Shown here: in pieces, positions 23,063 through 28,577 of the stretch
How the letters are laid out: the number at the start of each line of letters is the position of its first letter
Numbering within the stretch: the stretch's first letter is position 1
IMG/VR virus record: IMGVR_UViG_3300030103_004108
From: a virus
Length of the DNA: 28,936 bases
Strand: one strand, 5' to 3'
Made by a program: the position numbers and the translations under genes
Notes under the pieces: generated by a model
The model's input: the letters and a program-made list of their open reading frames with translations, nothing else
Database searches by the model: none
What the model was told of the DNA's origin: nothing

Positions 23063-23213
23063 CTATTGGTGTAAATATGTAAACATCATCTACTGCACAT
23101 TCTTTGTTTACGCAAATGTATGTGCCTATTATGCCTTCGCCTTCTATTCCGTAGTCTTCGTAATCGTATTCTTGTTGCCATATCATTGTTTGGCTGCATT
23201 GTGGACATTTCAT
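23049..23213 (-). CDS. Small zinc-ribbon protein (54 aa), not in the track
   Basis: Hand translation: MKCPQCSQTMIWQQEYDYEDYGIEGEGIIGTYICVNKECAVDDVYIFTPIDATL. It has a CPQC...CVNKEC Cys4 arrangement. It shares an ATGA overlap with the upstream gene and a 14-nt overlap with ninG. Confidence 0.55.
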   Translation of the reverse strand: MKCPQCSQTMIWQQEYDYEDYGIEGEGIIGTYICVNKECAVDDVYIFTPIDATL

Positions 23214-23503
23214 AATTCTAATTTAGCATCGTTAATAATTTCTTTTAGCTTATCTATTTCGTGTTTATGTTCTGCTATTATTATTTGATTTCTAAGATTA
23301 GCTTTACATTCTAAATAATATTCTTCTTCAAACTTCATAAAAATTGAATTAAAGTGTTCTATGTCTTCTAAGCTTTCTTTCATAGAAGTAATTAAGTCTG
23401 TTCTGCCTTCGTGTTTTTCTACAAGTTCCTCAAGACTTGCTTTAAACTTTATAATCGTAGTCTTTAAGTTTATTTTTGCTTTTAGTATTTCAAGTGTGTT
23501 CAT
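23210..23503 (-). CDS. Hypothetical coiled-coil protein (97 aa)
   Basis: ORF from the track, 3 nt downstream of the preceding gene. Confidence 0.65.
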   Translation of the reverse strand: MNTLEILKAKINLKTTIIKFKASLEELVEKHEGRTDLITSMKESLEDIEHFNSIFMKFEEEYYLECKANLRNQIIIAEHKHEIDKLKEIINDAKLEL

Positions 23504-23506
23504 AGT

Positions 23507-24151
23507 TTAAAATAGTTTTGCTTGTGTTGTTGGCTTGTATGATGCATCGTATCTTTTGTTTTGACCTTTTGGATATGGTTCTATTTTCATTTTTAAACAC
23601 TTACGCATAGTTTTTTTATCGTTTTTAGTTCCATTAAAAAACAAGTACCTATGTGTTGGTTGCATAAGTATTTTATCAACTACCTTGCCTTTGTTTTCTA
23701 AACCTCTCCTAATGTCAAAGCTACTACCGTCTTCAAATATGTATTTATGTTTAGGTGTACTTGTTCCTGTGTAAATCCAATTTGTTGCTTGATAAATGTA
23801 TCCATTATGACCTTGATTTTGGTCTGCATAACTTACAATACAAGATGGTTTAGGTAACATTTTAAGACAATTGCTCACGAAATACGATAATGAATTACTT
23901 GGTAAGCCATCGTTTACTACTAATCTGTTTAACTCTAAAGTCAAGCATTCATAATCTTTAAATACGCATTTACCGTTATTGTAATTATAATTAGGTGGAA
24001 ACCCAAAAGTACAAACGCCTTGTAGAACATTATTAATATTAAACAAACCAAAGCTATAAGATATACTACAAAGTCTTTTAGCGTAATGCTTGTTTAAAAG
24101 CCAATCTTTGCATTCATAAGAATCTATACTTTTTACAGAATAACCTTTCAT
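23507..24151 (-). CDS. Mom-like (GNAT-fold) putative DNA base-modification enzyme
   Basis: 214 aa. NKHYAKRLCSISYSFGLF..LQGVCTFGFP, LELNRLVV...N.LSYFVS, IVSYADQNQGHNGYIYQATNWIYTG and PTHRYLFF match what I recall of RefSeq 'Mom family adenine methylcarbamoylation protein' sequences (HY..., ELNRL, SYAD..GH.G.IYQA.NW.Y.G, KHRY). Confidence 0.55.
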   Translation of the reverse strand: MKGYSVKSIDSYECKDWLLNKHYAKRLCSISYSFGLFNINNVLQGVCTFGFPPNYNYNNGKCVFKDYECLTLELNRLVVNDGLPSNSLSYFVSNCLKMLPKPSCIVSYADQNQGHNGYIYQATNWIYTGTSTPKHKYIFEDGSSFDIRRGLENKGKVVDKILMQPTHRYLFFNGTKNDKKTMRKCLKMKIEPYPKGQNKRYDASYKPTTQAKLF

Positions 24152-24170
24152 AATTCTAAATAAAGTGTGT

Positions 24171-25025
24171 TCATCTTATATTTTTTAGTGGGTTTACGCC
24201 TCCTATTTCAAAACCTAAACCACGATTAAATTCACAAAATATATAGTCTTCTAATAACGTTTGTTGACCTCCTGTATCTGTGTCTTTTATTTTGTCTACA
24301 GAAATTAAAGTTACATATTTCATCGATTCGTGTTTTACTAGACGGTGTATAACTAGAAAGTCATCGCATCTATTTAAGAAGCTTTTACCACCTTCTATGT
24401 GTGCAGCCATAGGTGGTTTTAGATGTCCTGCCCAATTATGACCTGTAGGAAATAAATTTCCACCTCTACCACTTTCAGAAGTTGGGTGCGTGTTTATGTA
24501 GATAGTCTTGCCTGTTTCGTTTACAAACTGTCGTGACATATTTAAAAACTCGTAGTTACCTTCGTAACCCATCTTTCTATCAAGTCCGGTATAAGGATCA
24601 ATTAAACAAGCGTTAGCATCTGACTGTCTAAATAGTTCTAAAAGTTCTGCAGGTTTGTAAAGCTTTGAATTGTCTATAAAGTCAAAGTATTGTTCTAAGT
24701 ATGTAGATGCGCTTGTTATTTGTTTATGGCTTAAAGTCTTGTACGGTTTGCCTGTAAACATTTGTATCATATCACGAAGAATCTGTCCGTAGCTATTTTC
24801 TCCTGCCCATAGACAAAACTTTAAATCGTGTTTAAGTGCAAGTGTCAAAAAGTAGAAAAAAACGAAGTAGGATTTTCCAACGTTGTCGTGTCCTAAAATT
24901 ATATTCAGTTGTTTAGGTTTAAATACTATGTGCTTGTCAAGTTCGCAACCTATTTCTAAACCTTGTTTTATTTTACCGTCTCTATAGTCAAGTAAGTATT
25001 TTAATTGTTCGCCTTTTCTAAGCAT
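24171..25025 (-). CDS. DnaB/RecA-fold P-loop replicative helicase-like ATPase
   Basis: 284 aa. Walker A is ILGHDNVGKS and Walker B is ANACLIDPY. INTHPTSESGR is a motif-H-like segment. It overlaps the upstream replication gene by 8 nt. Confidence 0.6.
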   Translation of the reverse strand: MLRKGEQLKYLLDYRDGKIKQGLEIGCELDKHIVFKPKQLNIILGHDNVGKSYFVFFYFLTLALKHDLKFCLWAGENSYGQILRDMIQMFTGKPYKTLSHKQITSASTYLEQYFDFIDNSKLYKPAELLELFRQSDANACLIDPYTGLDRKMGYEGNYEFLNMSRQFVNETGKTIYINTHPTSESGRGGNLFPTGHNWAGHLKPPMAAHIEGGKSFLNRCDDFLVIHRLVKHESMKYVTLISVDKIKDTDTGGQQTLLEDYIFCEFNRGLGFEIGGVNPLKNIR

Positions 25026-25581
25026 ATCCTAACCTTTTTGCTTTTTGTGTAAGTTTGTCTTCTTCGTGTTTTGGTTCTTTCTTTAACCAATTCTTTGCAG
25101 TCAAATATAGTGATTTGTATTTCTTGTTTTGTTTAAAGTTTTCAATGCTATCTAAACACGAATCTATTTGCTCTTTTGTGTAGTCTACCTGTAACTTGTT
25201 AAACTGTTCTACAGACATAGACAGATGAGCGAAGCTCCTATATATATCTTTTACATTAACTATTACATTATCGGTTATTTCTGTTATAGGTTTATAACAA
25301 GTGTTATCGTTGTTATCTTTATTCCATCGTTTAGCCATTCCTTTTTTACCTGCTTCGCTTTTCTTCTTTCGTATCTGTTCGTATTTGCGTAGGTCACGCT
25401 TTAAGTTTTGTTTAATTGGTTCAAAACAAACTTCTGTAAGTAAGTCCTCTGTTTCCGGGTTCAAGTCGTTGACGTATTCTAAAACGTGCTTAAACAACTT
25501 ACCTGCTTGTTCGTCACTCAACTTCTGAACCGTGTGTATTAAGTCGCAATAAAGTAAAAAGCTTTTCTTGTTATCTGCCAT
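25018..25581 (-). CDS. Replisome-organiser-like replication protein (start moved to MADNKK, 187 aa)
   Basis: SFLLYCDLIHTVQKLSDEQAGKLFKHVLEYVN ... KRDLRKYEQIRKKKSEAGKKG resembles the N-terminal domain of phage replication-organiser / DUF6291-type proteins. The track start at 25626 would place a T9-containing leader inside the ORF. Confidence 0.4.
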   Translation of the reverse strand: MADNKKSFLLYCDLIHTVQKLSDEQAGKLFKHVLEYVNDLNPETEDLLTEVCFEPIKQNLKRDLRKYEQIRKKKSEAGKKGMAKRWNKDNNDNTCYKPITEITDNVIVNVKDIYRSFAHLSMSVEQFNKLQVDYTKEQIDSCLDSIENFKQNKKYKSLYLTAKNWLKKEPKHEEDKLTQKAKRLGYA

Positions 25582-25680
25582 AAGGTTATAAAAAAAAAGT
25601 GTAACGCTTTCGGTGGGTAGGAACACTTACTAACGTCACACTTAAAAAATTTGATTGTCCTACCAACATTGCAAAGGTAA

Positions 25681-26097
25681 TTAATTTTGCAGATGCTTGT
25701 GCTTTTCGTTTAACAAATTTAAATTTTCTATTAATTGACTTGAGTAACGCTCTATAATTCTAATCATATATTCATTACTGTCTACTAGGTCTATTAATTT
25801 TTGTTTTGCTTCTGCATATACCTTCTGCCTTTTTTTAAAAAATTGTATATACTCGTTAGTGTCCTTATAAAGAATCTGATCGTTTATTTCTTTAAGTTGT
25901 TTATATTCATAAATTGCGTGTATTACTGTAGCGTGATTTTTACTAAACATAAAAGCTATTCTAACATAACTGTAGCCATATTCTTTTAAAATATTATACA
26001 AATACATTCGTTTATGTATCTTTTCTCTTTTCCGGTTTTTATGTCTAAGGTTATCTTTAGAAATCAAAAACTCTACATCTTTAATCAATTCTTCCAT
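25681..26097 (-). CDS. DnaA domain IV-like helix-turn-helix protein
   Basis: 138 aa. KIHKRMYLYNILKEYGYSYVRIAFMFSKNHATVIHAIYEYKQL parallels the DnaA C-terminal DNA-binding pattern (R..amyL.r..t..S...IG..f.rdHtTVlHA...i). Confidence 0.55.
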   Translation of the reverse strand: MEELIKDVEFLISKDNLRHKNRKREKIHKRMYLYNILKEYGYSYVRIAFMFSKNHATVIHAIYEYKQLKEINDQILYKDTNEYIQFFKKRQKVYAEAKQKLIDLVDSNEYMIRIIERYSSQLIENLNLLNEKHKHLQN

Positions 26098-26133
26098 ATA
26101 TCCAAGTTATTAATGCACAAAAAATTATTTCTA

Positions 26134-26379
26134 TTAGTCGCATAGTTCTACTTTTATTATTAGTCCCTTCCAAAGCTTAAAAGCGTTTATTGCATCGTGT
26201 TTGTTGTATGCCTTTAAGTATTTTATTGCGTAGCTTACAGGTGCGTTCGTGTCACTACCTGCATATTGTTTGTAAGTTATTCTGTAAGTGTTTAGCATTT
26301 CTTCACGTTTTAGTAAGTAATCAAAATATAGACTGTCGTTGAAGTTGTCCCAAAATTCTAGTTTAAATGGATCATTCAT
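26134..26379 (-). CDS. Hypothetical early protein (81 aa)
   Basis: ORF from the track. No motif recognised. Confidence 0.6.
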   Translation of the reverse strand: MNDPFKLEFWDNFNDSLYFDYLLKREEMLNTYRITYKQYAGSDTNAPVSYAIKYLKAYNKHDAINAFKLWKGLIIKVELCD

Positions 26380-26463
26380 CTTTTTATAGTTTTTTAAATA
26401 TGATTAGTTTGTACTTGAAAATATTCAAGATGTACTTTACTTCGTATTCCTGTTTAGCCATCT

Positions 26464-26784
26464 TTAGTTATCTTCGTTTAACATTCGTTCTAGTTCTGAG
26501 CATATATCTTGCTTAGAATAGTACATAGTGCCGTGACATTCTAGCGTGTCCATTCTAACAAAAGTTACTGTTTCTATGTGTTCTTCGTATTGTATTTCGT
26601 CAGTAAAGCCGTTAAAGCTTACAGATTCTTCTTGCCAATACGTTTCAGTTTCTATGCAAACACGAAACTCAGTATCGTGTATTCCAAACTCTACTATGTC
26701 GTCTTCGTTCTTAAATATTTCTATTTCTCCTTTCATTATCCAAAAATTAAAATAGTGTAGTAATACATCGTAGCCAAAGTGCAT
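26464..26784 (-). CDS. Hypothetical acidic early protein (106 aa; alternative start MKGEIEIF at 26736)
   Basis: ORF from the track. The N-terminal 16 aa are hydrophobic and aromatic and may be leader rather than protein. Confidence 0.55.
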   Translation of the reverse strand: MHFGYDVLLHYFNFWIMKGEIEIFKNEDDIVEFGIHDTEFRVCIETETYWQEESVSFNGFTDEIQYEEHIETVTFVRMDTLECHGTMYYSKQDICSELERMLNEDN

Positions 26785-26827
26785 AAATATACTATGCCGT
26801 AAATCGTATCTTTTATTCCGTCTTTCA

Positions 26828-27046
26828 TTATTTCAGTTTATTTAGTTGTTTAGTAAATCTTTCGTTTAATCTGCCGATGCACATAGTATATATAACAATA
26901 TTATGAATGTTTTTCTTGTTTATGTTAGGAAATTCTAAGCCAAGACCTATGCCGTTAGACCATTCGGCATTTTCTATTCTTTTCTCAAAGTGTTCGATTG
27001 CTTCCTGTATTTCAATAAGCAATTCAAGTGTTTCTGTTCTGTTCAT
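26828..27046 (-). CDS. Hypothetical first early protein (72 aa)
   Basis: ORF from the track, directly downstream of the best promoter match. Confidence 0.6.
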   Translation of the reverse strand: MNRTETLELLIEIQEAIEHFEKRIENAEWSNGIGLGLEFPNINKKNIHNIVIYTMCIGRLNERFTKQLNKLK

Positions 27047-27135
27047 TTTTTTAAGTGTTAAATTAATTGTGTATACAAATCTAACAATAAAAACGAATTG
27101 TTAACAAAAAAAGTTACGTTTTTAACAAAAAAGTT
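27047..27135 (-). promoter_or_regulatory. Early promoter region: -33 TTTG (27105..27108), -7 TAGATTTG (27076..27083), palindrome TGTATACA, two TTAACAAAAAAGTT direct repeats
   Basis: Minus-sense TTTG-N21-TAGATTTG-TATACACAATTAATTTAACACTTAAAAAA-ATG matches the Bacteroidota TTTG / TAnnTTTG consensus. This is the only sizeable non-coding gap before the replication genes. Confidence 0.55.
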
Positions 27136-28170
27136 TTAGAAAAGGTGTGTAAGTCTTGCTACTTGTCCGTTTTCACGGTGGTGAATGAAACCTTCTACGG
27201 CGGCTAAAGACAAATAACCTTTCTTGTGATGCCAAGAATCTGAGCCACTTGGAGAACGTAAAGACTCTACTGTAACCGATAAATAGTCTTTACTTGTTTT
27301 ATGGTGAACGTGATGCGTGTAAACGTACCTGTGTTTAGTTTCTGCCCATTCCATAGGAAATTCTGTTGCCATAAGCAAAGGTAAGTCTTGGTGCTTTGCA
27401 CCGTCTCCGTGTGTAGTGCCTATTAAATTGTTTCCGAAAGAATACGCTTTACGGTGTGCTATTGAACAGTCAAAGCTTATGTTTTTGCAGTTTCTGAAGT
27501 ACGTTTTTATGACGTCTGCAAGAAAAAAACCTGTTTGGTAGTCGTGGTTACTTGGGTTAAAAGTAAAGTGTACGTCTGCTACTGCGATCAACTGAAGCAA
27601 AATATCAACATAAAGTTGTTTAGCTATTAAGAAATTACTGTACCACATAGAATCCGTGTCTTGATGGGTGCCGGAAGTCGTAGTACGGTGTGGTGTGTCT
27701 ATGTGTAGAATATCGTTACCACCGATAAATAAAATTTTATCTATAGGAAACCCTTGCGCTTTGTTTAAAATGCCTTGTACGCCTTCTTTGACACGTTTAA
27801 CGGCAATTTGGTTGTTGTAGTCTTCGCCTGTTTCAAAACTGTCTGCAAGTTTGCCTATGTGAATGTCTGCAGGATCAATAACAAGTAGATAATCTTTCTT
27901 TTTTTCTTTGCGTATTAACTTCGGAAACTTAGGTGCAAATTGTTTTAAGTCTTCTATAAGTTTCTTGCTTAGTTCTTCAAGTTTGTTTTCTGCTTCGTCT
28001 TTATGTAGTGGGTTCTTAAAAAATAGACTTGCTTGTTTAGTTTTAAGCCATCCGTGTTTAACGCTTTCGACATCTACACCTGCTTCTTCTGAAGCTGCTT
28101 TTAAACCTCTATAACGAAACAGAATTTCTGCTTCATCCGGTGTAAGTCTGTAACGCTTGTTCTCACTCAT
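27136..28170 (-). CDS. Calcineurin-like metallophosphoesterase with a ~95-aa N-terminal extension
   Basis: 344 aa. The ordered motifs are VIDPADIHIG (D-x-H), FIGGNDILH, NPSNHDY (N-H-D/E), GTTHGDG and YTHHVHH (G-H-x-H-like). Its ATG shares an ATGA overlap with the stop of the spanin-like gene. Confidence 0.7.
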   Translation of the reverse strand: MSENKRYRLTPDEAEILFRYRGLKAASEEAGVDVESVKHGWLKTKQASLFFKNPLHKDEAENKLEELSKKLIEDLKQFAPKFPKLIRKEKKKDYLLVIDPADIHIGKLADSFETGEDYNNQIAVKRVKEGVQGILNKAQGFPIDKILFIGGNDILHIDTPHRTTTSGTHQDTDSMWYSNFLIAKQLYVDILLQLIAVADVHFTFNPSNHDYQTGFFLADVIKTYFRNCKNISFDCSIAHRKAYSFGNNLIGTTHGDGAKHQDLPLLMATEFPMEWAETKHRYVYTHHVHHKTSKDYLSVTVESLRSPSGSDSWHHKKGYLSLAAVEGFIHHRENGQVARLTHLF

Positions 28171-28577
28171 ACATATTTGTTAACTACCTTACCAACTATA
28201 AACAGAAAACCACCAACAATACAAAGCCCTATAATTAGCCACATATAGTTTGGTTTTTTACTTGCTTTTGCTTTCTGTACTTCTATTCGTGTTACTTGGC
28301 GTATAGTGTCTCGGTGTATTTTGTATTCTATTCGTGTTTCTAACCTTGTTTTAGGCACAAACACGTTCTGATAGTGTACTATTGTGTCCTTACTACTGAA
28401 GTATTTTTCATATACAATCGTGTCGTGTTTTACTACAGGAATAGAATCAATTGTTGCTATTCTAATCGTGTCGCTTGAAATAAGAGGCTCTAAGCCCTTT
28501 TTGAGAGCCTTCCTATAGTGATAGTTAGCCGAGCAACTAAACAGCGTTAAAACGCAAATAAGACTATAAATTCGCAT
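28167..28577 (-). CDS. Unimolecular spanin candidate (lipoprotein signal plus C-terminal TMD); start moved to MRIYSL (136 aa)
   Basis: MRIYSLICVLTLFSC carries a lipobox L-F-S-C. The C-terminal MWLIIGLCIVGGFLFIVGKVV is a transmembrane helix. The middle is beta-rich with four DTI(R/V) repeats. The start overlaps the amidase 3' end by 14 nt. Confidence 0.55.
   Translation of the reverse strand: MRIYSLICVLTLFSCSANYHYRKALKKGLEPLISSDTIRIATIDSIPVVKHDTIVYEKYFSSKDTIVHYQNVFVPKTRLETRIEYKIHRDTIRQVTRIEVQKAKASKKPNYMWLIIGLCIVGGFLFIVGKVVNKYV

Noticed and set aside
23111-23118. An exact TAnnTTTG match (TACATTTG) inside the zinc-ribbon ORF, considered as an internal promoter for ninG.
   Set aside because: It lies in coding sequence with no -33 element. 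Such 8-mers with two free positions are expected by chance in AT-rich DNA.
25590-25627. A possible rho-independent terminator (AGTGT...ACACT followed by T9) upstream of the organiser-like gene.
   Set aside because: Only a 4-5 bp stem closes a ~20-nt loop, which is too weak to call. The T9 tract is noted in the candidate-origin finding instead.
26380-26463. A 25-aa mini-ORF (MAKQEYEVKYILNIFKYKLIIFKKL) and the hairpin CTTGAA-TATT-TTCAAG in the gap before the 81-aa gene.
   Set aside because: The ORF is very short, with no coupling signals. The hairpin lacks a U-tract. I cannot distinguish either from chance in AT-rich DNA.
27101-27125. The minus-sense hairpin GTTA-AAAACG-TAAC followed by T7, considered as the terminator of the metallophosphoesterase gene.
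   Set aside because: The stem is only 4 bp and entirely A-T rich. It is better explained as part of the direct-repeat/UP-like region of the early promoter.
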